A stretch of 63,165 nucleotides of DNA, filler included, from Rhabdomonas costata (lineage: Eukaryota): NCBI GenBank assembly GCA_019059605.1. It is 45 parts of 45 records of this genome, joined end to end, with 100 filler letters (N's around TTAATTAATTAA, not from the genome) between each part and the next. Parts side by side here need not be neighbours in the genome. Positions count along the whole stretch, not along the records: positions 9,845 to 11,150 come from JAHMHO010019920.1; positions 11,251 to 12,556 come from JAHMHO010019921.1; positions 12,657 to 13,962 come from JAHMHO010019922.1; positions 14,063 to 15,368 come from JAHMHO010019923.1; positions 15,469 to 16,773 come from JAHMHO010019924.1; positions 16,874 to 18,179 come from JAHMHO010019925.1; positions 18,280 to 19,584 come from JAHMHO010019926.1; positions 19,685 to 20,990 come from JAHMHO010019927.1; 37 more parts are not named here. One strand, given 5' to 3'. A program made the translations under genes and the position numbers. Position 1 is the first letter of the stretch. The number at the start of each line of letters is the position of its first letter. Shown here piece by piece: positions 10,535-22,569 of the stretch. The notes under the pieces were generated by a model. That model was not told the DNA's origin, made no database searches, and saw nothing but the letters and a program-made list of their open reading frames with translations.

Positions 10535-12775
10535 GTTATCTCGGCATGCTTTTTTGGAGTCTGTACGGCTTAGTAAACAACGGTGGCTAGGAAGGCAAAC
10601 GGCAGCCCCATCCCACTCAACCCCATCCCCTTCTTTTCCCGGGTCCATCTTCGCTACCTGTTCTCATCAACACACCTATACGACTATACTCGTGAGAGAG
10701 AACGCTCACACCGGCCAAACTCTGACGTGAGAATCACCGTGGCCTCCGCCGTGGGGACGGTTGTGGCGCCAGAGCGAAGCGGCTCCCCCTTCAGCAGCCT
10801 CCCAAGCACAGGCACTACACCGGGGTGAAGCTCTTGGAGCTGAAAAATCAATTCAAACTAAAACAGCGTCAGAACATGCCTCCCAAAAACAACTCTTCTC
10901 TCACTTTTTGGCCCGGGCAGTGGCACAACATTTGGGTGTTCGTCTTCCTCCACAATGAGTTGACACGGGGGTGCCCCCCTCCCCCCCTCCCCTGGTTTTC
11001 GTGGTGTTATGTGCAGTTTAGTTCGGTGCGTTGTTTTGTGTTCTTTGTATCAGACAAACGTCTCCTCCAGCAACGATTCCGATTGCTGCGGCTTTCGATT
11101 GCTGTCTTTCCACCACTCCCCTCACCCCCCACACCAAACACACCCACCACNNNNNNNNNNNNNNNNNNNNNNNNNNNNNNNNNNNNNNNNNNNNTTAATT
11201 AATTAANNNNNNNNNNNNNNNNNNNNNNNNNNNNNNNNNNNNNNNNNNNNGTGGTGGGTGTGTTTGGGTTGTTTGTGGCAATGAGGCTTTCGGTGACCAG
11301 GGTAAAGGTGTTTGCAGTGACACCCAGCTTCTCCAGGGCCTCCAGGCGACCAGCGGCAAACAAAGGCAGGCCGATTCGAACGTAGGCCGTGATAATCGCC
11401 TCCCTGAAGAGCGATGCCCACCATATTCCAGCGCACTTCTCACTCCCGACTCTCGAAATGGAAAAAACTTCGTGCCCTTCACCATTGCAAAAAATCTGCG
11501 ATGCGTTTTGGAAATCGGCACGAAGAAAACCACACCAAACACGCGATGTCCTACTCAATAAATTGCAGGGGGCATGGTTGGGAGTGAAGAGGGCATGGGA
11601 AAGGTAATGGGGCCGAAGGAAAGTTTGCCTGAAGGGAAATGACGGGCAGCGAAGGAGGAGAAGCAGAATTGAAAGAAAGTCAAGGAAAAAAGAGGAAGAA
11701 GACCGGAAGCAACAAAAATGTCCCGTCTGAGGTCTGAGGCTGCGGACGATGAGCAATGATGACCCCGGTGTCAGTCCATCACTTTCCTTGCACACCGCAC
11801 ACACAAACATACACACACACAAAGCACTCTTTTGAATGCATACAAGCCGGAAACTCCACAGCGCACACCACACCAGACTCTCAGGTTGTGCTGCGTTGGC
11901 GGAGAAAATCTCCCCGCAACGGAGTCCAGCACGGGGCTGTCCCGCGCGTGCTTCACCGTGGACAGCCGCCTCAGTGCCTCCTGCTGATCCACCGGTAGGG
12001 AATCCCCCGCTGCCGCCGCAGCCGCGGCTTGAAGCAGGGGTTGTTGTCTCTGGGAGAAGCCCCGCGCCGACCTCTGCGGTACCACTGCGGAGAAAGGCAA
12101 AGCTCCTGGGACAGAGGAGAGCATGTGGTACGAGGAGGCCAGTCTCCGGCAGCGAGCCAGAGAGACCCGAGAATGAACTGCCCGCCCCAGAGAGGGGTGG
12201 CAGGTGGCACGGAGAAGCATAGGTAGGTTCGGAAAAGTTCAGCAGAGAGAAGGATATCTTTACGCGGGTGGAAACACACGACGTGGCGAGATGGTGTGCG
12301 CTCAAACCAGGAAACAATTCACCTAAAGACTGGCAGTCATAAAGGGATCAATAGCAGAGCGCCCAAGTTAGAAAGCATTGCCTTTTGCTTTCTTCTAATC
12401 TGTGAACTGCGAACGCTGCTGTTGTGTCCATTCCAAGTTCATTTAGAAACGAGTGCACTTAATGTATTCGAACCCCCCCCCCAAAAAAAGAAATGAGGGC
12501 ACAACGAATCCAACTGTACACTCAAGAAGTAACAAGTGTATTGCCAAACCCACACANNNNNNNNNNNNNNNNNNNNNNNNNNNNNNNNNNNNNNNNNNNN
12601 TTAATTAATTAANNNNNNNNNNNNNNNNNNNNNNNNNNNNNNNNNNNNNNNNNNNNGTGTGCTGGAACTGCTGCTGTGTTCGGGACTCAAAAAACTCAAA
12701 AATAAGCGCGCGCACACACAGACACAGCACTAAAATGGGCCCCCAATTCCAATTAGTACACGAAAGGTCACCCCA

Positions 12776-13835
12776 AGTTTCTAACATTCGGAGGATCGCA
12801 GGATCGGGAGGAGGGTTGCCATACGCCCACAGCGGACCGCACTGAGGGTGAGCCTCTACAAACTCGGGGGGCAGCGCGGGAAGGTGCCTCTGCGCGATGA
12901 GCTTCCGCCAGAACTGTGACACCTGCCACCACATCCCGCACCCAGTAAAGCTAAGCTAAACTGCGCTGTTGGTCAGGAAATTCAAGAAAGCAAGAAAAGC
13001 GGCTTTTAGAATACCAACACAGGGACCATACACACCGGAAGAGATCCGCAACCCGAATCGACAACGGCGATACTCGGTGAAGGATGGGCGGTGTCGTTTG
13101 CCCGGATCGTTGGCAGCCTCAAGAGAATTACTACCCCCTGGCAACAACGGAGAGAAGCGCGGAAGGGCACTGCGGGTGTTCAGGCGTACCCACAGTGCAA
13201 GGTCGAAGGGCAGGGCGGTGCAGCACAAGCATGTCAACGAAGTGCTGCACTACTGTGTAGTAGAAGTGCGGGAGGTCCACCCCCTCACGCAGGAAAAGGG
13301 CCTGTCATCCCAACAACCCACCCATCCACCAAGGAATGATACCCAGAGCCAATGACATGCGAAATTACGAAGTGAATAGCGTGCAAAAGGCGCCCAGATT
13401 CCAGACGCTGATTTCAGTTCTATGCGTTTGTGTGCCGAATTCAGTAAAAGTCTGCCACTGAGGGCAACAGCACACAAACACACAGCGAGATCCATTGGTC
13501 ATATTTATTACCTGGAAAACATGCCGCAAGAAAAATTCCGTATACATGAAGTTTTATGGTCAGGAGAGGGGTCCATCCAAGAATCTGTGCACAACCAATA
13601 ACCCATCGACGGAGCAACGCCAGAAAAGTGAATGGGGGCGCGAGCGAGTTTTCAGCACCCAGTTGATCGGGAGGATCAGATTGTGTCCCCACACCCGAGC
13701 CGCGGCAGAGCGCTGCACCAGCAGCCCGGCCAGCAGGAGAAGCAGAGTGGTCTTCCCGCTGCCTGTGGGACCCTCCACCGCCACACGGAGCATCCCCGCC
13801 CGCAGTCTGGAGAGCTCTCCACGCGAGTTCAGCAC
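12776..13835 (-). CDS. Multi-exon protein fragment with a P-loop (Walker A) motif
   Basis: Exon 13835-13659 encodes VAVEGPTGSGKTTLL. Further AG/GT-bounded, GC3-rich exons lie at ~13300-13195 and ~12922-12776. Confidence 0.55.
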
Positions 13836-14083
13836 CTGCGAGCAACCACCGGAAAGGAGACATATAGACTGGCCTATTGCAGTACAGTCGAAATTTGCAG
13901 CGATCCAGAAAAAATGCACAGCGAATGTTCTCTGGCCGAAGGTGGTTTCAGGAAAACCACAANNNNNNNNNNNNNNNNNNNNNNNNNNNNNNNNNNNNNN
14001 NNNNNNTTAATTAATTAANNNNNNNNNNNNNNNNNNNNNNNNNNNNNNNNNNNNNNNNNNNNGTTGGTTGGTCTGAGGACGCC

Positions 14084-15187
14084 GTGCTGGGTCATAAGAC
14101 ATCCGCCGCATGTGGTCGTCCTATGGGGGGAAAAGTCCACATACTCGAGGCTCTTAAGAGCCGGGCTTCCGCCGACCCTAGGCCAGGAGATATGCTTGAC
14201 AAGGTCGTAAAGGCCTTGGGCAAATCACTCGAGGAGGAAGGAGTTTTGGCATTCAAGACCAACCTAGGGGCGTGTTACCTTAATTCAACAAGGGATTTAG
14301 AGGCTGCCAAGTGGCTTTTGGGTGCAGCTTACCGCGAATCCTCAAGTGAGCAGCACGAGCCCTCTGTTTCTTCTGACGCACAGGTCACTGATGATTCTGT
14401 TGATACCGCTAGTGTTGCAACACTAGCACACAACTTCGCAAAGCTGCTTCTTGGCGGGGTAATTTTTCCTGATTGCCAATACTACTACTGGGGCTGGGTA
14501 AACAAGCCAGAGAACCTAGAGACAAAGATAATTAATCATTTACATGCAATAATCTCATCAAATAACCTGTTCCAGGGAGCAGTACACCTCAACGCCTTTT
14601 GTACTTCTTTCTGCTTGGCCCCCCTGAAAAACAGCACACTTCGTAAGGTTCCAAGGCACAGACCTTTCGAGAGAACGATGTATGTGATGGAGCTCTGCAG
14701 CAGCGTTTGCTTTTCGTTTGTCCTTTGTTCACGGGGTAAGAAGAACGCTTGTAATTGGAAGGTCGCCCTCACCACGCTCATGCTGAGCAGGGGAAGCCGG
14801 CACCTCGTTGGCTCGGGAGCAGTCCAATTGATATGCTCCATCTCATAACGGGGTGTGGGGTCTTTTTCATCTCTTTTTCTGATATTTTATTTTGTGTCTT
14901 TGCTGTGCGGGGTGCCCTCTTTCCTGAATTCCAGCCTGGCTTGTCCGCCTGTGTGTGAATGTAACTGTCGCATTGTTGCAAAATGGGTGGGCAGTCCAAG
15001 ACTGGACCGGGGATCGGGGGCAGCAGCCCGCTCAGGCTGGAGGCCCCCAAGCCTACACGAAGGGGCCCTGGTGGCCAGGCTTCAGCGGCGGGGAGCTCCA
15101 CGGTGGACGCCCACTTCATCCGGGCGGAGGAGCTGTACCTGGCCAGTTGCATCCGCGACTTGGAGCGCAGGCGGAAGGAAAGCCCAG
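14084..15187 (+). CDS. Hypothetical TPR-like helical protein fragment (exons ~14084-14458 and ~14995-15187)
   Basis: NLGACYL...LEAAKWLL, ATLAHNFAKLL and AEELYLAS resemble TPR helices. Splice signals are plausible. Confidence 0.35.
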
Positions 15188-15468
15188 GTGCACGCCAAAC
15201 ACACGCGCACACACTTACACGTACAAGCGTGCAGTGGAGAGAGGCCAATATTCCACCGGGTACTGGGTCAGCAAATCCCGGTCCGTAGGCGGCGAAAGCG
15301 CCGTATTATTTGTCAGGATTGGTGCCATCTCTCGTCATTATTGCAAGTATGACGAGAGATGGCACCAANNNNNNNNNNNNNNNNNNNNNNNNNNNNNNNN
15401 NNNNNNNNNNNNTTAATTAATTAANNNNNNNNNNNNNNNNNNNNNNNNNNNNNNNNNNNNNNNNNNNN

Positions 15469-16422
15469 CTTCGAGGTGCCGGCGGCCATCTCCGGGGTAA
15501 AGGAGAGGAAGGGAAACCCCTCCACGGCGATTCCCGAGGACTCCGCGAAGCTGCAAAGCTGGGCGTCGGGGTCGTGGTCGACCCTGCCGCCTCCGGGGTG
15601 GGTGGGGCCGTGGGCCGCATGGAAGACGTTGCGGATGATCCGCACACTGCAGTTGGAGGAGCGCTTCAGCTTGCACCCCACCAGAACGGAGAGCGGGGTG
15701 AGGCCGAAGATCGCCACGGCGCGGCGCTTAGCCGGAGCCGCGCCGCTCGAGGCGGGGCCGTGGGGTGCGGAGCCTGTGGTGCTGGGGCCATCACGGTCGT
15801 GAGCTTCACCCAGCTGTGGCATCACATACAAAAGCCACCAAAAAAGACAAGAGTCACTGACCATGAGATCATGAAACCTACAAGTTAGTCCCGAGTGAAC
15901 CATCACCTCTTGACAAGCGAGCGAGAGGACATGCATCCGGGTTTCACTGACAAAAGCCGAAATCCAATCCTGCAAATTCACTGTCTCAAATCCGTTGCCT
16001 CTCCACCACCAACTTATGTCCATGCAGAAGTTACGGCTGGGACGAGGTAGGGGTAACCACGCGAAAAAAAACGGGCACCGGTGACGGAAGAAGACAAACC
16101 TCCTTTAGAGCAAAGTCCCGGAAGGCCCCCCCTCCCACGGCAACGATATACGATATACCTTGCGGGCGGCGTACTTGAAGAGGAAGGGCCCGACGAATTG
16201 GTTCAGGATAACCGCGGCAACGATAGCGTCGGCGACGGTAGGGCCCCAGCGGTCGCGGTGGGTGCGGCGAATCCCGTTGGCCAGCCCCAGAGTCACCCCA
16301 GCCTGCGTGGTCAGGGTCATCCACAGCAGCCTGCAGTGGCTGGGCTGCATCTTCGTCACGAAGCGGGCGCTCATCATTGACCCCACGGCGATCGAGAGCA
16401 GCCGGGCCAAAAACATGATAAT
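15469..16422 (-). CDS. Cation:proton antiporter (CPA-type) C-terminal TM region plus TrkA-N/RCK-like start; exons 16422-16159 and 15813-15469
   Basis: TQAGVTLGLA, AAVILNQFVGPFLFKYAARK|LGEAH and AVAIFGL match the bacterial CPA pattern QAGV.LGL...N..IGP..FK.A...GE followed by a Rossmann-like IFG. GT-AG intron at 15814-16158. Confidence 0.75.
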
Positions 16423-17202
16423 CTGCCACGCAATTGGGCAACCGGAGGTGAGGGAAAGGATGGAGACATACACACGGGTTAATGAGTACGCCTTCGTCGT
16501 TCGGAAAGGCGGAAAGGGATATGTGTGAGATTTTTCTTCTTCTTACAGTAACATTTGTTGTCCTTACGGAGGTCCCTCCTCCGCTTACCTGTTCGCCGCA
16601 GGTCAGGGCACAACCGGAAAATCGACATACATGATTCTATCATTCCTTGTGCTCAAACGCAGCCGAATTGCAGCAGCACAACTGTGTATAGGGGAGCTTG
16701 AAGTGAACACGATCCAGTGTGACGTTGTCCTTTGACCTTCTCTCTCCACCCCTACACTGGGGACAAACCACCCNNNNNNNNNNNNNNNNNNNNNNNNNNN
16801 NNNNNNNNNNNNNNNNNTTAATTAATTAANNNNNNNNNNNNNNNNNNNNNNNNNNNNNNNNNNNNNNNNNNNNGGTGTGGTGGAATGTGGATGTCTGGGA
16901 TGTGCAGTGGAGTATACCATTCAATACCGCGGAAGTGTATAATTCGGGTGCGACACACAAGCAGATCTTGAAACGCCCCAGTGGTTTTGGAGGTCACTCT
17001 CCGTGAAACAATCTCATCCACACAACAGCTTACTAAATTGGACACATACACACATGTGAGCAGCAAAGGGCTGCTAAGGCAAAGAGTCAGATCCAAGTGC
17101 AAATGCCCCACCCGAATTATACACTTCCGCGGTATTGAATGGTATACTCCACTGCACATCCCAGACATCCACATTCCACATACCCCAAGCGTATGCACAC
17201 AC

Positions 17203-18085
17203 CAGTAGCCCCTCCGAGCTCTGCAAGTCCCACTGCACAGGACCGGGCAAGGGGTACGTGGGGTTGCCATGACGGTTCAGCAGCGGGTTGAAGGCCACCT
17301 GGTGTTCATTCGCGTCAATCAAAGGCACGAACCCCATGGAATACGGCGTCTTCTTGATCTGAGTGTCAACGGGCACGACGGCAGAGCAGAGAGGGCCGAA
17401 TCAAACACCACAAATTAACATTCCTAGGTAGCATGGGGTTTGCAGACTGCGTCGGCAGTGGTTGGGCATGGTCAGGCAAAACATTCCAGTTTTTATTCGG
17501 GAGTTGCAGCTCGACAGGAGTCGGTGGCCTTCGGTGGGCCCCAACCGCTGGGGCTTCAAAGATCAAAGAGTTGCGGCGCACAATGGAGCCGCGGCCGCAG
17601 GAGGTTGCATAAATGTCCAGCAAGCCAAATGCTTCTGCTCACAGAAGGGCAATGCCTTGCTGGCGAAAAAATATGGAGGAAGGGAGCGTTAGGACCCTGG
17701 TGAGGTTGGCCTAGCAAAGAACTGCAGAAAAATGCCCCCCCCCCTCCCAGTAAACTAAGCCTACCATCATAGCTGACAGAAGTAACAGAAGCCAGTGGCG
17801 GCGCACTCGACGGGCGTGATTGAATTTAACCCACACATCACCATCTCGAACTGATTGAACTGCAACTTGACCAAACCTAACCCGTTGCCCAAGGTTCAAG
17901 GTTCCCACTTACCATGGCAGCCATTTTCCACCCGTCCCCACTGTACATCAGGATAGAGGCCGTGCTGCCGCGTTGAGTGAACCCCGATAAGTCGCTGAAC
18001 GAGCCCATGGTGGCGTTCCACGCCGCGCTGAACGAGCACAGGATCATCGACTGCGCCAATGTGAATTCCGTGCTGCCCTGCAAGC
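17203..18085 (-). CDS. Hypothetical protein exons (~18085-17913 and ~17381-17203)
   Basis: GC3-rich open segments ending in GTAAGT and GTGTGT donors. No family recognised. Confidence 0.3.
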
Positions 18086-18647
18086 CCGACGGAGGGATGC
18101 GGTAAAGTCCCCATATTCACGAGCGTGTGTCCATGTCAGCATGCGACTTATGTGTGTAATTCATGATTTACCCCCAAAANNNNNNNNNNNNNNNNNNNNN
18201 NNNNNNNNNNNNNNNNNNNNNNNTTAATTAATTAANNNNNNNNNNNNNNNNNNNNNNNNNNNNNNNNNNNNNNNNNNNNAGCCCATAGCTGCAAAGTGTC
18301 TTGAATCTGGGGGTGGGGTAGTGGGGAAGAGTTGGTTTTGCCCAACGAAGGTGTGGTGGACCAAGGAGCTCATCCACTCATCCAACAAGCGGCTGTATTC
18401 AACTCCTTTGGCCAATCAAAAGTGTGAAGTTGATGGGGAGTCGCGCAATGTGCCATGCGCGCAAACTACATCCTGTCCCGCAAAAATCAACAAATCATAT
18501 TGAAAGTCTCTTTTCCGCAAAACTGCCGCTAGATACACACCATATCTTCGACCCCTCCCAAGTAATTAGAGTCATCGTATTCAATGCATGTCTTTCGATG
18601 TTTAGGCGATGTTCTTCCTAAACAAACAGCAAGCAAGCGAGCCACAC

Positions 18648-19050
18648 CTTGGCCTTCCACTTGGCTTCGTGGTGGCGCCGGAGCTGCCCACCGGCGGAGT
18701 TGCCTGAGCCTCCGCCGCTGTCATGGGCGGACTGCCGCCCACCTGTGCGTGTGTGCGGGTATCTCTCTCTCTCTCTCGCTCTCTCGGTGAGTGCTCTGCG
18801 TCCCAATGAAAGCCCAGCGCTATTTCGAGTTCCTTCCCTTCACCCCACACAACAACTCTGAGAACCAATCATTTCTGAGGCTGGTGCCGATGGGGGTGAA
18901 TGTGGTGAAGGCACGTACATGCCTTGCTTCTTGCGGACGATGTAGCGGTGGAAGGTGAGGTGCACCAGAGGCTTACCCGCAGCAAACACTGCGCCTGCAA
19001 AGTACCCACCGTGGCTGAGCACTACCAGCCACTGCGTCTTTTCAGGATTC
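18648..19050 (-). CDS. ANKZF1: Vms1/ANKZF1 VLRF1 domain (ribosome quality control); exons 19050-18923 and 18742-18648
   Basis: Spliced product SHGGYFAGAVF...HLTFHRYIVRKKQGGRQSAHD...NSAGGQLRRHHE matches the VLRF1 signature (TFHRY..RKKQGG.QS..D...SAG..LRR). The join needs a GC-AG intron at 18743-18922. Confidence 0.9.
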
Positions 19051-19731
19051 CTGAAAAGAAACAAGCAATGGCACCGCTTTTGTTTGGAAACTGAGTATTT
19101 TCAAGCCTGATGTGTGCAATTAAAGGACTGAAAAATCTGAAGCAGTGTGCGTGTGTGTGTGGGGGGGGGGTGACAAAAGAAAGCGAAAAGACTTCCTCTG
19201 TGAAAAAATACGTCACAGCGTTAAAGATACAAAGTGCGCGAGACAAAAGTAACTTGCAGACAAAAGGGAGGCACTGAGCTATAACAATTGGTGTGCGAAG
19301 GACGAAGATGTGCTGTACGCAAATTATAGCGTAATTTAGGGGCTGGAAACGCACGTGCGCGTGCACATAGAGCTGCAGTATCCAGACGGTCATGGCCCTG
19401 CCAGTGTTTCCTGCTTGCCGATGCAAGGCAGAGCTCTCACTACAGGAAGCCCCGATAGCGAAACCCAGGCCATGATATGACTCCAAAGTGGTAAACACCA
19501 CAATCAAGCACAAATCGTCAGCACAAGTCGCAGATATGACTGAATTCCCCACCCCCATCCTACCACAAATCATTCAAGACCATCNNNNNNNNNNNNNNNN
19601 NNNNNNNNNNNNNNNNNNNNNNNNNNNNTTAATTAATTAANNNNNNNNNNNNNNNNNNNNNNNNNNNNNNNNNNNNNNNNNNNNGTGGGGTGGTACGGGG
19701 TACGTGGTATCTTCTCAAGTTCACATCGAAG

Positions 19732-20788
19732 AAACTGAGCTTGAGGGAATGAAGAACAGCCACATTCGCGACGCCGCTGCGCTGGCATGTCTTCTTGTGC
19801 GTGTATGTGCAACGCAAATTCATTTCGGGGGGCCGATGGTCATCTGCCTCCCTATGAATCACTACCGCCATGATGAATGAAAGGTGATAGATGGAAAGGA
19901 GTGGGTGGGCTGCAAAGTAGGGATATCATGTTGAAGTTGGCGAGTTGGAGGTTGGGTGATATCGGGGTGACCTCATTTTTTTAATTTCATTGCGTGTGGA
20001 TCAATGACCGACTGCTCTAGACTCTCTTTCCTGTAGCTGTTACTTGCAAGTTTGTTTCACTAAAGAAGTCCCCTTTCGGTGTGCTGTGACTATTTTTACG
20101 TGGTGATGTTTGGGTGGTTGCTAGATCAATTACTTGATTTGGCTGGAAGATGAGCTCACGAAGGGCACCACGATAACGGAAACGAGCGGAGCAGACCGCC
20201 TCGAAGAGTTCCGCCGGTGCGTTTTCAGTCTGCTTCTCCAGGTTATGTCACATTTGGCGGCTCGTTGGAACTAGTGAGAAGAAACTGAAATTGGATCCTC
20301 GGGTATGCTTGGCCGAAAGGTTGCTTTTTATGCTAACTCATGCGTATTGCGTCAGCTACAGGGGATATGGTTGGTGACGGATGATGGACTATTGTTTTCT
20401 GCGGCGTGCTGTTATTGGCTATCTTTGGATGTTTGGACCACTGATTGTGCAACCCAAATGCTAAAGTTCACTGTTTGTGTTTGTTCAAGCAAGCATACTC
20501 GGCAGTCATGTCTCCCTGCAACCTACCAATAAGCGTTCTCGTGACTCATTCGCCTACCGTTGCTGGCCGTGGGGTTGAAAATCAGCACAGCGTCCCACAG
20601 CACAGCGCATCGCAGCGCACGCGTTTTCTTTTTGCCAGCGTGGGTGAGAACTTTGTCTCGCTGAGCTTTGAGACGATCTCTGCGGTGGGACCCAGCGCGG
20701 CGCTGCCCCATTATCGCCCCCCGGCGAAGGACAGCCGGCAGATTACCACAGCGGAGATCTACCTGGTAGACTCAGGCGCCCAGTACAG
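19732..20788 (+). CDS. XPNPEP1: Xaa-Pro aminopeptidase (M24B); exons 19732-19784, 20125-20216, 20639-20788
   Basis: Spliced product ELEGMKNSHIRDAAAL|INYLIWLEDEL...TETSGADRLEEFR...SLSFETISAVGP..A.PHY...YLVDSGAQY is the aminopeptidase P catalytic domain. Confidence 0.93.
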
Positions 20789-21368
20789 GTCAGCACAGCC
20801 TCTGTGTGGACGTGGGTGTCTCCGGGTGTATTTGCGCTCCCCTGGCGTTTTGTTCGAGTTCAGAAAGTCCAAAGTTGCAAAAGAATGATTTGCACGAATG
20901 CGGATGCAGGCTGTCGGTTCCTTGCAGAAAAACCACAAGAGGATTCCGATGGAGATTGACAAGAGCGTGCTCAGAGCTTCCCAACACACANNNNNNNNNN
21001 NNNNNNNNNNNNNNNNNNNNNNNNNNNNNNNNNNTTAATTAATTAANNNNNNNNNNNNNNNNNNNNNNNNNNNNNNNNNNNNNNNNNNNNTGTGGTGGGT
21101 GTGGTTGGTTGTGGGTTTGGTTGGGGGTGTTCTAGAAATATTCCAGAAATGTTCTAGAAATGCAGCAGGAAGCATCCAAGCGCTTCCTTTTACACACCTC
21201 ATGAGTTCGCTTGGGAATTGGTGACCTCTCTCCAGCGCAAGATATCATGATTTGAAGCACTAAGGACCAACTACGTCTCTCAAAAAGCCCAACTAAACTG
21301 TGCGCTGTGGGGACTGGGGAACAGAATAGAAAAGACGAATATTAAATAAAAGCGTATGCTCTCCGTAC

Positions 21369-22336
21369 CCTCCTCGTCACCGGCGTAGAGCCACTCCGCG
21401 CCGCGGTGGAAGGCCAGCGCGGTCACCGCCACGGCGGTGCTGCTGTGGCGGCGGGCGCTCTCGTTCTGCCACGCAGCGAGGAGCGAGTACGGGAACGGCG
21501 CCGGGGCAGTGTTGTACACGAAGACCTGCCCGCACACACATGGACACTCATGCACATGCTCAACTACGTACCCATGTGACTGAGGAGGGAGGAGGTGGTG
21601 GAAAGGCTTGGGGGTACTCTGTTCTCCTCTAGAGAGTTGCAGATCGGGTGACAGGTCAGGTCTTGGTGTTATGATCGGGGTCGTACCAAAAAATACGATA
21701 AAAATAATGAACAGACACAGCGCTCAAGTCAAACGAAACCCTAGAAACCCTACAGTTTCGCAAACCCACAAAGCAATTCACACCGCTCCAAAGACGCAAG
21801 CAGCTGGATAAAGCCATCTCTCTCCCTCTCAGAGGCGCCACTGACCACGTTTTCTTCATGGATTCTTTGTGTCCAGCAATTGATTGAAGAATTGGAGGCA
21901 ATTAGAACCCCAACTCTCTCCGCTCGTCCGGTCTGCTTGTGTGGCTCGGTGACCTCTCTTCATCTCTGGGATAGTCAGGCATGGTGGTGCCGAAGTGCCG
22001 TCCTTGGTGCTCCTCGCCATGGCTTGGGACTTCGAGGGTTTTGGGTCCTTACATACTGAGAATGACTGCCTTTTTGCGGAGACTACACGACCACCTCCAG
22101 GCAATTTAGCAAGCCACACACACACAAGCGCACCCTGCCCTCGGAGTCGCTGGCCGCCAGGGCGGGAAGGTCGGCCAGGGGTCGCACGCACATCATCACC
22201 ACATCGGACGTGGGCTTGGACAGGTTCTCCGCCACAAACGCGCTCTCCGAGGGGTCCAATCGGGTCACCCCCTTGAACGCCCCGTCGCCGTGGGTGACGC
22301 TGATGTCCCACAGCGACAGCCGGCACCGCGAGTCCG
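21369..22336 (-). CDS. WD40-repeat protein fragment; exons 22336-22134 and 21525-21369
   Basis: LSLWDIS, LAASDSEGR|VFVYN and VTALAFH...LYAGDEEG are WD40 strand motifs. In-frame GT-AG intron. Confidence 0.75.
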
Positions 22337-22523
22337 CTGTGAGGCATCCGCGAGCAATGAAGCAAAAACTCCCATCAATTCGACCAACCACCACACNNNN
22401 NNNNNNNNNNNNNNNNNNNNNNNNNNNNNNNNNNNNNNNNTTAATTAATTAANNNNNNNNNNNNNNNNNNNNNNNNNNNNNNNNNNNNNNNNNNNNGGTG
22501 GGGGTGGTGCGCTTCTTCGACGC

Positions 22524-22524
<1 letters not shown>

Positions 22525-22567
<43 letters not shown>
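22525..22567 (+). repeat. (GT)n microsatellite
   Basis: Read directly from the sequence. Confidence 0.95.

Positions 22568-22569
<2 letters not shown>

Noticed and set aside
11199..12317. 372-aa ORF, and similar long ORFs such as 30973-31977
   Set aside because: They read through intron-like or UTR-like low-complexity sequence; only sub-segments look coding.
13651..13836. Direct repeats flanking exons (GGTGCTGAA here; AGGTCCAC at ~59425-59545)
   Set aside because: They bracket exons rather than introns and overlap the splice consensus, so they are probably coincidental.
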